Shown here one piece after another: positions 41,653 through 50,535 of a DNA stretch of 64,000 nucleotides. Position 1 is the first letter of the stretch. Each line of letters starts with the position of its first letter. The position numbers and the translations under genes were made by a program. A model generated the notes under the pieces. The model did not search any database. It saw nothing but the letters and a program-made list of their open reading frames with translations, and was not told the DNA's origin. Source of the stretch: an uncultured delta proteobacterium (lineage in GTDB: Bacteria; Myxococcota_A; Polyangia; Polyangiales; Polyangiaceae); contig CAVQUB010000011.1 of the NCBI GenBank assembly GCA_963716725.1, positions 96,001 to 160,000 on the forward strand, given 5' to 3'.

Positions 41653-41655
41653 GGC

Positions 41656-42612
41656 TCACAAGGCTCGGACCCAGCGCGTCCAATTGGCGTTGGCGACCGC
41701 TGGCGTCTCGCCGGTGACGGCCGTGAACGCCTGCTGCCCGCTCGGATCCGTTGCAAATGAGTCGCGCCATTGCTGGTAGAAGCGCCAGAGCAAGCCGCGC
41801 TGATCCATCCACTGGCAGAAGTAGCGCGCCGTGGCGTAGTTCAGGTCCTCGCGCGCGCCCCGGAACTCTTGGTCGCTCATGGCGAACAACGCCGGCAAAG
41901 TGGCGTGCTCCCGCTCGGCGCGCGAGCCCAGGGCAGCCGCGAGCCGGGGATGGCGCCAGTTCTTGCTGCCGCGGATCTCACCCGCACGCGGCAGGTGGAA
42001 CTGCTCGAACAACGACGCGATGCCTTCGTTGATCCAATCTGGTGCGGAGGGAAAGTCGGTTTCGACCAACGGATGCACCAGCTCGTGGGTGAGCGTTCCG
42101 ATGCCGGGACCGACGTTCATGATGATCTTGCGCTCGCTCGCCAGATAGAAGCCGTAAGGCGAGTGGCACTTCTCGCGCCACAGCTTCTTGCAGTAGGCAT
42201 CGTAGGGGGCCGCGTTCGGAAACAGGTACACGCTGACGACTCGCTCCGGTCGCCGATGAAAGCGATCGTTGAAGTAGGCCGCGAGGGCTCGACGGGTCAC
42301 GTCGATGGCTCCGGCGAGAGCAACTCGACCCGCCGGCGCGGCCACCAGGAACACGCCCTCGACCACTTCGGTGTCGGTCTTCGCGCCAAGCTCCTGCTTG
42401 GCGAGGGCGCGCTTGGCCTCCAGATCTGCCGCGAGATCATAGGCCGGCGGCGGCGGTGGGGACGGCGCGGGCGCCGGCGGCGGAACGCCCGAAGACGGCG
42501 CGGGAGGCCCGGCCATCCTCGCGATCCTGAGCGGAGGACGCTCGACGGGTGCCGCGCTCTCCGGCGAGCAGGCGGCGAGGATCAGGGCCAAACCGATGGC
42601 GGGCAAGCGCAT
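41656..42612 (-). CDS. Lipoprotein, zinc metallopeptidase (gluzincin/peptidase MA-like)
   Basis: Lipobox LAAC; YGFY; HELVH...PDWINEGIAS. Confidence 0.8.
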   Translation of the reverse strand: MRLPAIGLALILAACSPESAAPVERPPLRIARMAGPPAPSSGVPPPAPAPSPPPPPAYDLAADLEAKRALAKQELGAKTDTEVVEGVFLVAAPAGRVALAGAIDVTRRALAAYFNDRFHRRPERVVSVYLFPNAAPYDAYCKKLWREKCHSPYGFYLASERKIIMNVGPGIGTLTHELVHPLVETDFPSAPDWINEGIASLFEQFHLPRAGEIRGSKNWRHPRLAAALGSRAEREHATLPALFAMSDQEFRGAREDLNYATARYFCQWMDQRGLLWRFYQQWRDSFATDPSGQQAFTAVTGETPAVANANWTRWVRAL

Positions 42613-42653
42613 GTTGGAGCCTCGCCGAGGCGACGCGGAGTGTGACCGACGCG

Positions 42654-44374
42654 CTACTGCGGCGGTTTGACTTGGAACTTGTCCCAGGCCGGCGTGTGGT
42701 TGTTTTCTTCGGCGACCTGCGCCGTCACGTACAGCGCCGGGTAGGTCTTCTCGATGCCGCCGGCGGCATCGGTCACCACGCCGGAGATGAAGAGCTGAGG
42801 ATTCTTCGCGTCGCGCCGCGTGGAAGAAAAGACGATCCAGTAGTAGCTCTTGCCGTCGGACACCTCGGCCGCCGGCGCCCAGCGCGGCCACGAATTCGTG
42901 AGTCCGGGGCTGGTCACGCCGGTGCACGCCGCCGGATCGTTGGCCGCCAGCCGGGTGGCAGTTCCGCCCTTCGCCGGCACCACGAAGACCTCGCCCGTGG
43001 GCTCGTTGTAGCTGTCGGCCCACGACCCGTCGGACTCTTTGCGCGGCGCGCAGCGGTTGAACGCCAGCAGCGCGTCGCCCGGCGAGATGACCGGGTAGTA
43101 CTCCCAGTACGCGGGATCGCTGGCCCCCGGCAGCGGCGTCGCGGTCCCACCCTTTCGCTCGTTGTAGGGCACCGTGTAGACGTCCATCGTGGGATCGGCG
43201 TCAGTAACCCGGGCGATCACGCCTTCGCCCGTCACGGGCGCGGACACGTAGGCGACGGTCGAGCTGTCGTGCCACCAGGTGGGTGACGCGACCGGTCGCG
43301 GATCGCCGGTCCGGGCCAGGATCCCCCAACCGGTTGCCGGCGAGCTGGCGTGCAAATCCGTCCACACCAGCTCGTCCTTGCCCGCGGTCGCCGCGGCCTC
43401 GTTGAAGACCGAGAGCGCCACCGCGTCAGTGGCCGAGTACCGAGCCTTCGAGGTGACGGGCGCGGACTGCTTCGTCCGGCCAAGCAGCGAGAGCGCGGTG
43501 GCCGAGACCACCGAGCCGGCCGGCGGAGTTCCGAGTCCGTCGACGCTGCGCACGTCCACACTTCGGGTCTGGTTGCCGTCCCGGGTGTAGAAGGTGTGCT
43601 TGCCGTCCGGCGACGAGACATGGCAGGCGACGCAGGTAGTGTCTCCACCGACGAGCGCGGGTGTGAGCACCGTCGTGACGGCGGTGTCGCCGATGGTAAA
43701 GGCCTTGAGCGCGGTCTTTCCGGTGCCCGGCGCCCCGCTCGTCCAGTACACGACGGATCCCGGCGCCGCGACGGGTGCGATGTGCACCGGGCCCTTTGTT
43801 CCGGTGAAAGGACCCGCCGTGAGCTTGCCGCTTTCGAGTTTGGCCCCGCGCAGGCTGACCTCGATGTCGTTGCCCGCGCTGTGCTGCGTGAGCGACTTCC
43901 ACTGGCTCGCGGCCATCGAGTAGGACTTCTGTGTGGTGTAGACCACCAGGTCGTTTACCTGGTTATTCACGTGCAGCCGCAGTTCGAACACGTTTTGATC
44001 GGCGGGCGCCGACCACTCGAAACGGAGCGGCGTCCAGTTCTTCGGCACCAGCGCGCCGGTGGGTGGTTCGCTCGCGCACGGGCCGCCGCTGCCTTGCCCC
44101 GCCGCGGAGAACTGGCTCGACAAATCCGAGGGCAGTGACGCCTCGATCTCCGGCTCCTTTGGGAAATCCGAGAAGGGGCCTTGGGGGCCGCCACCGATGC
44201 CACCACTGCCGCCGCTGCCGCCGCCGCTGCCTCCCCCGCCCCGGATCCGGAGCTCGCGCCGGTTCCGGTGACGGCCCCGGTGCCGCCCGCCACCCCGGCA
44301 TCGTCCGACGAGCAGCTGAACCCGAGCGCTCCGGCCAGGACCACGAAACCAACCAGGACACGCACACGAGCCAT
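42654..44374 (-). CDS. TolB-like (PD40) beta-propeller lipoprotein; apparent frameshift in a G-run at ~44233-44242
   Basis: MARVRVLVGFVVLAGALGFSC lipobox in one frame; Gly-rich linker GGGGSGGGSGG...FSDFP then ORF 42654..44123 (CVACH, YPVISPGD, NSWPRWAP, YWIVFSSTR) in another. Confidence 0.8.
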
Positions 44375-44483
44375 GCCCAGAAGATACTCGGCAATGCCGC
44401 CGCTTGCACGGTCACCTGGTTGATTCTCGGACCGCCCGCTATAGTCGCGCCGTCGTGCGACGAGCCGCGCGGCACCGGAAACT

Positions 44484-46853
44484 TTGGCGGCCGACGACGA
44501 TCCTGACGACTTGGCAGCGACGATCGCTGCACCTGCCACGTCTGCCGAAGCAGCGGGAGGGTCGGACCCGGCTGCCAGCATCGGGCGCGAGCCCCTGATC
44601 GCGGGGCGCTACCGCATCACGCGGCTGGTCGGACGTGGCGGTATGGGCGCGGTCTACCTCGCCCGCGACACCGAGCTCGATGAGGACGTCGCGCTCAAGG
44701 TGCTCTCCGACGATCTCGCGACCAGCCCAGTCCTCATCGATCGGTTTCGCCGCGAGGTGAAGCTCGCCCGCCGCGTCACCCACGAGAACGTGGCGCGCAT
44801 GTTCGACATCGGCGAGCACGAGGGCGCGCGCTTCCTCACCATGGAGTTCGTCGACGGCGAGTCGCTCGCGGAGCTGCTTGGCCGAACGGGGCGGCTGCCC
44901 GTCGCCAAGGTGCTGGATCTGGCCCGGGCGATCTGCGCGGGACTTGGCGCGGCGCATCGCGCCGGAGTGGTGCACCGGGATCTCAAACCCGACAACGTGA
45001 TGTTGGGCCGCAATGGCCGAGTGCTGATCACCGACTTTGGCATCGCGCGGGACCCGGTCACGTCGCAGGTCGGCGCCACGGCCGGCATGGTCGTCGGCAC
45101 TCCAGCCTACATGGCCCCCGAGCAGGTGGAGGCCCGAGCCGACATCGACGCGCGGGCCGACATCTATGCGCTCGGCGTCATGCTCTTCGAGCTCTTCACC
45201 GGGGAGCTGCCCTGGCGCGGCAGCTCGCCCATGGCCGTCGCCGCGGCCCGCCTCTACGCGGACCCGCCGGATCCGCGCGCTGTGGTCCCGGAGCTCCCGC
45301 CCGGGCTCGCGGCGGTGGTGATTCGCTGCATGGCGCGGGACCCGGCGGCGCGCCCCGCGAGCGCCGACGCGGTCCGGGACGCGCTGTCGGGCTCGAGCCC
45401 GACGCTGCCCGAAGGCGTGAGCCCGAGCTTGCCCCCGGCCCTGACCGCCCCGCCCGCGCAGCCCGCGCAGGTCAACGCGGTTGCTGTGTTGCCGTTCCGA
45501 AACCTCGGAGCCCCAGAGGACGCCTACGTCGCCGAAGGAGTCACGGAGGACTTGATCGACACCCTCAGCATGACGCCGGGGTTGCGCGTCCGTCCGCGCG
45601 GCGCGGTGTTGCGCTACGCCAACTCAGCGCTCGATCCCCGGGACGTGGGTCGTGAGCTGGGCGTCGACGTGGTGGTCGAAGGCTCGGTGCGCCGGGCGCC
45701 GAACACGGTACGCCTCAACGCCAGGTTGATCAGCGTCGACGACGGGTTCCAGCTCTGGGCGCAGCGCTTCGACCGACCTGCCAACGATCTGCTGGTGGTG
45801 AGCGACGAGACCGCGCGCAGCGTCGCCGAGGCGCTGACCGTGCACGCGGCGGGGCGGCATCGCGTCGCGCCCTCCGACCCCGCCGCTATCGACCTCTACC
45901 TCAAGGCGCGGGCGGAGCTCAGGCGCGTGTGGCCGCAGTTCATCCGCAATGCCGTCGCTCTCCTCGAACAGGCCCACCAGCGGGCCCCCAACAATCCGAC
46001 CATCTTGGCAGCTTACGCGCGTGCCTGTGCGCGCCTCTGGTACTTTGGTGAGGGCGACGCCGCACGTTGGGGCACGGCTGCACGCGCGCTGTCGGAGCGC
46101 GCCATCGCAACCGCGCCGAACGACGTCGAGGCCCTGCTTGCCCGAGCGGCGGTGCTGCTCTTCGAGTCCGATCCCCGAGGCACGGCCGAGCTGGCGGCGC
46201 GCGCGCTGGCCGTGGCTCCCGAGAATCCAGATGCGCTCGAACTGCGGGCCCGACTGGTATTGGAGGTGGGCCGCCCCCGCGAAGCGCTGGAGTTTCTCAC
46301 TCAGGTGCTCGCCATCGAACCCGGCATGGCCAACGCTCGCCAAGACATCGTGCGCGCGCACGCCTTGCTCGGCGACTTCGATCGCGTCCTGGCGCTGCTG
46401 CCCGCCGCCACCGAGGCCAACCCCACGCAGAGCGACGTGGTCCTTCGGCTGCGGCTCGCCACTTGGAGCCCCAAGCTCCTGGCAACCATCGATGGCATGA
46501 CGATCCCGGACGATCCGAACTTCAACATCGCGCACATGATGAAGTTCATCCTCTCGGGCAGCGCGGATTCGTCGGAGCTCGACGCGTTTCGGGAGTTCAC
46601 CACACGCGCGGGCGCCAACCCGCGCTTCGCCTCGCTGATGCACCAGATCGTCGCCGAAACGCTGTGTTTTTTCGGCAACGCGCCCAGCGCGATGGATGAG
46701 CTCGAGCGGTCCGTCGGAGCTGGGCTCTTCGATCTGTCGTGGGTCGATTTCTGTCCGGCGCTCGCCCCGCTCCGCGCGGAGCCACGCTTCGCCACCGCTC
46801 GCGCCACGGTGGCCGAGCGTGCCCGCACGGTGCTCGATGCGCTTCGGCTCTAG
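44484..46853 (+). CDS. Cytoplasmic Ser/Thr kinase with TolB-N-like domain and TPR repeats
   Basis: VGRGGMGAVY, VALK, HRDLKPDN, DFG, GTPAYMAPE; AVAVLPFRNL...YVAEGVTEDLID...VVEGSVRR; TPR helices; start uncertain. Confidence 0.92.
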   Translation: MAADDDPDDLAATIAAPATSAEAAGGSDPAASIGREPLIAGRYRITRLVGRGGMGAVYLARDTELDEDVALKVLSDDLATSPVLIDRFRREVKLARRVTHENVARMFDIGEHEGARFLTMEFVDGESLAELLGRTGRLPVAKVLDLARAICAGLGAAHRAGVVHRDLKPDNVMLGRNGRVLITDFGIARDPVTSQVGATAGMVVGTPAYMAPEQVEARADIDARADIYALGVMLFELFTGELPWRGSSPMAVAAARLYADPPDPRAVVPELPPGLAAVVIRCMARDPAARPASADAVRDALSGSSPTLPEGVSPSLPPALTAPPAQPAQVNAVAVLPFRNLGAPEDAYVAEGVTEDLIDTLSMTPGLRVRPRGAVLRYANSALDPRDVGRELGVDVVVEGSVRRAPNTVRLNARLISVDDGFQLWAQRFDRPANDLLVVSDETARSVAEALTVHAAGRHRVAPSDPAAIDLYLKARAELRRVWPQFIRNAVALLEQAHQRAPNNPTILAAYARACARLWYFGEGDAARWGTAARALSERAIATAPNDVEALLARAAVLLFESDPRGTAELAARALAVAPENPDALELRARLVLEVGRPREALEFLTQVLAIEPGMANARQDIVRAHALLGDFDRVLALLPAATEANPTQSDVVLRLRLATWSPKLLATIDGMTIPDDPNFNIAHMMKFILSGSADSSELDAFREFTTRAGANPRFASLMHQIVAETLCFFGNAPSAMDELERSVGAGLFDLSWVDFCPALAPLRAEPRFATARATVAERARTVLDALRL

Positions 46854-47274
46854 CGCGCCGGCGTTCTTGGCCTGGCTGATCGCCGGCTGCGAGTGCGAGG
46901 GTCGCCCACCGACTGAAGGCGTGGCCAAACCGTTGCGGCTCGGCTCGTCGACTGCACTGGGCTCGGCGCCGGCGCCGGATGCGGGGGCGGTGCGGCCGAG
47001 ATCAGCCGGCTGCGTGCCGGGCGCTCACCGCTGCGTCGGCAACGAGCTCGAAGAGTGCGAAGGCAGCGCCGGTGGCTTCGTGCGGGTCAACATTTGTCAG
47101 ACCAGCGCACACTGCAACGCCAAGCTGAAGCAGTGCCTGGTCGACCCTTGCATCCTGGGCGAGTACCAGTGCCACGGCGCCGATCTCGAGCAGTGCCACG
47201 CCAACGGTTGGACGCGCGCGCGTCAGTGCGACTCGGCCGCGGCATGCGACGCGGAGCGCGGGCGTTGCGATTGA
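46837..47274 (+). CDS. Small Cys-rich lipoprotein
   Basis: Lipobox LIAGC; two repeats of C..G..(R/Q)C.G..LE.C...G(F/W)...C....C. Confidence 0.7.
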   Translation: MRFGSSAPAFLAWLIAGCECEGRPPTEGVAKPLRLGSSTALGSAPAPDAGAVRPRSAGCVPGAHRCVGNELEECEGSAGGFVRVNICQTSAHCNAKLKQCLVDPCILGEYQCHGADLEQCHANGWTRARQCDSAAACDAERGRCD

Positions 47275-47278
47275 CCGC

Positions 47279-48607
47279 TCAGAGCTCCTCGAAGGCCTGC
47301 AGCGGGCGGAAGGCGCGTTTCGCCCACGCGCCTTCGTTGTGCGGTGCGCCGTCCTCCCACCAGTGCCAGAGCTCTTGGTCGAAGACGTAGCCCTGGGACC
47401 CGAGCAACTCCCGGAGCTGGATCGTCTCGCAGTAGTTGTCCGAGGCAGTCGGCGAGTCATCGTCGGTGCCGTCGCCGTCGGAGTCGACGCAACCTGAGCC
47501 AGCGCCGCCGCCCGAGTCGAGGTAGAGCTTGGTGGCCTGCTTTCCTTGCTTGCCGTAGCGGCCAATGAGCGTCTCGTTCTTGGCCCCGATGGAACCCCAG
47601 CCGAAGGTCCCGGACATCGAGGCCGCAAAGTCCCAGGCTCCCGGGTGACGCTGCGCCTGATGGAACGCGATCAGCCCACCGAGCGACGAGCCCATCACGC
47701 CGACGCGTAGGGGCTTGCCGTAGGCGGCTTCGATCAGCGGGCGCACCTCGTCTTTGACGTAGTCGGCGTAGGCGTCGCCCTTGCCGCCGGTGGTCTGGCC
47801 GGAGATCACGTCGCTGACGTGCGTGTACTCGTCCATGCGCAGCGCTCCGGCGTTGTCGATCCCGACGATGAGCGTCGCGGGCCCCGCCGACTCGTCGAGC
47901 TTCCAGCTGCCGAAGGCGGCGTCTGGATCGAAGAGATTCTGACCGTCATGCACGTACAGATGATGCGTCGACGGTTGGCCCGGCACCCGAACCCGAAGCG
48001 TCCGCGGCGGAATGCCCGCGCCTCCAACCTCGAGCCAGCGTTCGAGGTGCGCCGCGCTGCGCCGAACCGACGAGTACTCTCCGTACTGGTCGTAACCGAA
48101 GCGCCGCGCGAGCGGATCTGCCAGGAGCGCGCTCTTGCCGTCTTCGATCTTGTACTTCTTGCCGTCGGGGCTCGGCACCGCGGCCACCAGCCAGTACATG
48201 CCGGCCTCGGCCTTCATCGACGCCGGCTGCCAGGCGTTGTGATCGCCCGAGAGCGCGTAGGGACCAGCACCGTCGTCGATGTGCACGAACAGGAAACCGC
48301 CGGGGGCCGCCACTGGGAACCCTCCGCTCCGCGCGATCTTCGCCAGGCCGGTCGGTGCGTCGATCTGGCCTTTCAAGATCGCCTGGAACAGCTCCCAATC
48401 GTCGACTGCACCAGCGTCGGTTCCTCCGGTGCCTGCGGCGCCGCCGCTCGGAGCGCCGGCGTTGCCACCGAAGCCGCCACCACCACTCGTGCTGCCGCCG
48501 GCACCCCCTCCGCTCGCACCGCCGGTCGACGAGTGCACTGGCGCCTCTGCATCGTCGGAGCACGAAGCCAAGAGCAGACACAGGACCAGGGAACAGGCGC
48601 GGCGCAT
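47279..48607 (-). CDS. Lipoprotein, alpha/beta-hydrolase (putative esterase family)
   Basis: Lipobox LASC; LYVHDGQNLF, IVGIDN, GSSLGG nucleophile elbow, LYLDSG, HNEGAW; embedded DSDGDG loop. Confidence 0.88.
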   Translation of the reverse strand: MRRACSLVLCLLLASCSDDAEAPVHSSTGGASGGGAGGSTSGGGGFGGNAGAPSGGAAGTGGTDAGAVDDWELFQAILKGQIDAPTGLAKIARSGGFPVAAPGGFLFVHIDDGAGPYALSGDHNAWQPASMKAEAGMYWLVAAVPSPDGKKYKIEDGKSALLADPLARRFGYDQYGEYSSVRRSAAHLERWLEVGGAGIPPRTLRVRVPGQPSTHHLYVHDGQNLFDPDAAFGSWKLDESAGPATLIVGIDNAGALRMDEYTHVSDVISGQTTGGKGDAYADYVKDEVRPLIEAAYGKPLRVGVMGSSLGGLIAFHQAQRHPGAWDFAASMSGTFGWGSIGAKNETLIGRYGKQGKQATKLYLDSGGGAGSGCVDSDGDGTDDDSPTASDNYCETIQLRELLGSQGYVFDQELWHWWEDGAPHNEGAWAKRAFRPLQAFEEL

Positions 48608-48642
48608 CACGGCGGCCTCATAGCACCGACGGACGCCCTGGC

Positions 48643-50340
48643 TCATCGGAAGCAGCGCAGGGTGCTCAGAAACTCCCCGCCGTAGGCCGCGAGCTTCTTG
48701 GGACCCACGCCCGGCACCGCCAAGAGTTGCGCCTCGCTCTCGGGTCGGCGCGCGATCATCTCGAGCAGCGTGGCGTCGCTGAACACCTGGTAGGCCGGCA
48801 CGCTGCGCTCCCGCGCCAGCTCCTTTCTCAGGACTTTCAAGGCGTCGAGCAAGGCCTGCTGATCGCTCTTGGGTGCCTCCACGGCCCGTGCCCGCGCGCG
48901 TGGGCGGCGTCGGTCGAAGGCCCCCAGCACGTCGATGCCTCCGCACTGGTCACAGGAACTCCCGCAGGGCGGCACGTGCTCACCGAAGTAACCGACGATG
49001 TCTTGGTGACGACAAGTGGACGACTCTGCGAGCCGGTACATCTGCCGCGCCATCTCCGACTGACGAGCTGCGACTTCGGCCGGCGCGTCGGTCGCGAAGC
49101 GATCGTAGGTCAGCACGTCAGCCCAGGAGTAGAAGAGCACGCAGTCACTGGCAACACCGTCGCGCCCGGCACGGCCAATCTCTTGGTAGTAGCCCTCGAT
49201 CGAACGCGGCATGTCTCGGTGAATGACGAAGCGCACGTTGGATTTGTCAATGCCCATGCCGAAGGCGATGGTGGCCACGACCACGTCCACGTCGTCCTTC
49301 TGAAACGCGTCTTGCACCTTCGTGCGTCGCTCGGCTTCCATGCCGGCGTGGTACGCCAGAGCCGAGATGCCAGCGTCTCGCAGCATTTCTGCTGTGGTCT
49401 CGGTAGATTTGCGCGACAGGCAGTACACGATGCCGCTCTCGCCGCGGCGCTCCTGCACCAAGCGCACGATGGCCTCGCCCACCGCGGGCAGGCGCCGCCC
49501 TTCCGCGCCGGCGCCACCCTTCTTGAGCACGGCGACGCGGAGGTTCGGGCGAAAGAACGAGCCCCGGAACATCCCGGGATCGCGCATCGCGAGCTGCTCC
49601 ACGATGTCGCGCGTCACCGCGGCGGTGGCGGTGGCCGTGAGCGCCAAGATGGGCACCCCGCCGAATCGTCGCTTCAACTCACGCAGCTCGCGGTACGCGG
49701 GGCGGAAGTCGTGGCCCCATTGGCTGATGCAGTGCGCTTCGTCGACCGCGATCAGGGACAAACGGGCGCCGGTGAGGGCTCGGCCGGCAGACGCAGACAA
49801 GCCCTCGGGCGCCGCGTAAACAACCTCGTAGTGCCCGGCAGCGACAGCCCGGACTCGCGCTGCGCGTTCGTCGGCGGGCACACTCGAGTTGAGGAACGTC
49901 GCGCGAAGGCCCACCTCGGTGAGCGCATCGACCTGGTCTTTCATGAGCGCGATCAAGGGCGAGACGACCAGCGTGACTCCGCCCATGACGCGCGCGGGGA
50001 TCTGAAATGTGAGGGACTTGCCGGCGCCGGTCGGCATGATGCCCACGCAGTCCCGGCCGGCGAGCACTGTCTCGATGATCTCGGCCTGACCGGGCCGGAA
50101 GCTGGGGTAGCCAAAGACGTGTTCGAGCACCGATTGAGGCTTGGGGCGGGCGGCTGCGACCGCGGACGCGACGTCGCGGAGCAGGGAAAGGACGTCCGCC
50201 GGAAAGGATCCGCGGTCCCGGCGGTAGAGCGCGCGCAGGGCATCGAGCCGGCCCGCGAGCTCAGACTGCAATGGGGGGCCCTCGGACGTCGCCACGGAAT
50301 GTAGCTCGGTGGCAAGACGACGAAGCTCTTCCGGAGACAC
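48643..50340 (-). CDS. recQ: RecQ-family DNA helicase (helicase + Zn-binding + HRDC; winged helix apparently absent)
   Basis: VFGYPSFRPGQ, MPTGAGKS, DEAHCISQWGHDFRP, ATIAFGMGIDK, YYQEIGRAGRDG, CRH...CGSSCDQC, HRDC VPAYQVFSDATL. Confidence 0.93.
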   Translation of the reverse strand: MSPEELRRLATELHSVATSEGPPLQSELAGRLDALRALYRRDRGSFPADVLSLLRDVASAVAAARPKPQSVLEHVFGYPSFRPGQAEIIETVLAGRDCVGIMPTGAGKSLTFQIPARVMGGVTLVVSPLIALMKDQVDALTEVGLRATFLNSSVPADERAARVRAVAAGHYEVVYAAPEGLSASAGRALTGARLSLIAVDEAHCISQWGHDFRPAYRELRELKRRFGGVPILALTATATAAVTRDIVEQLAMRDPGMFRGSFFRPNLRVAVLKKGGAGAEGRRLPAVGEAIVRLVQERRGESGIVYCLSRKSTETTAEMLRDAGISALAYHAGMEAERRTKVQDAFQKDDVDVVVATIAFGMGIDKSNVRFVIHRDMPRSIEGYYQEIGRAGRDGVASDCVLFYSWADVLTYDRFATDAPAEVAARQSEMARQMYRLAESSTCRHQDIVGYFGEHVPPCGSSCDQCGGIDVLGAFDRRRPRARARAVEAPKSDQQALLDALKVLRKELARERSVPAYQVFSDATLLEMIARRPESEAQLLAVPGVGPKKLAAYGGEFLSTLRCFR

Positions 50341-50535
50341 GAGGGGCGCATGGTAGCCTCGAATCGTCAGTTTTCGGCAGCCCTGCTCCGGAGTATTCCG
50401 ACGACGCGCTCGGGAGCGACGGATTCGGGTCGAAACCGAGACGCAAGAAGTGGACGACGACGTGCAGCGGGACGCGGAGGACGAGAGCCGGCATCGGCGC
50501 AGCGCTGGGAGCCCCGGAGTCGACCCGTGACTGGC

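Noticed and set aside
50341..50535. Possible small ORF or structured RNA between recQ and the Omp85 gene
   Set aside because: No convincing start, codon bias or stable structure; may be a 5' leader or N-terminal extension.
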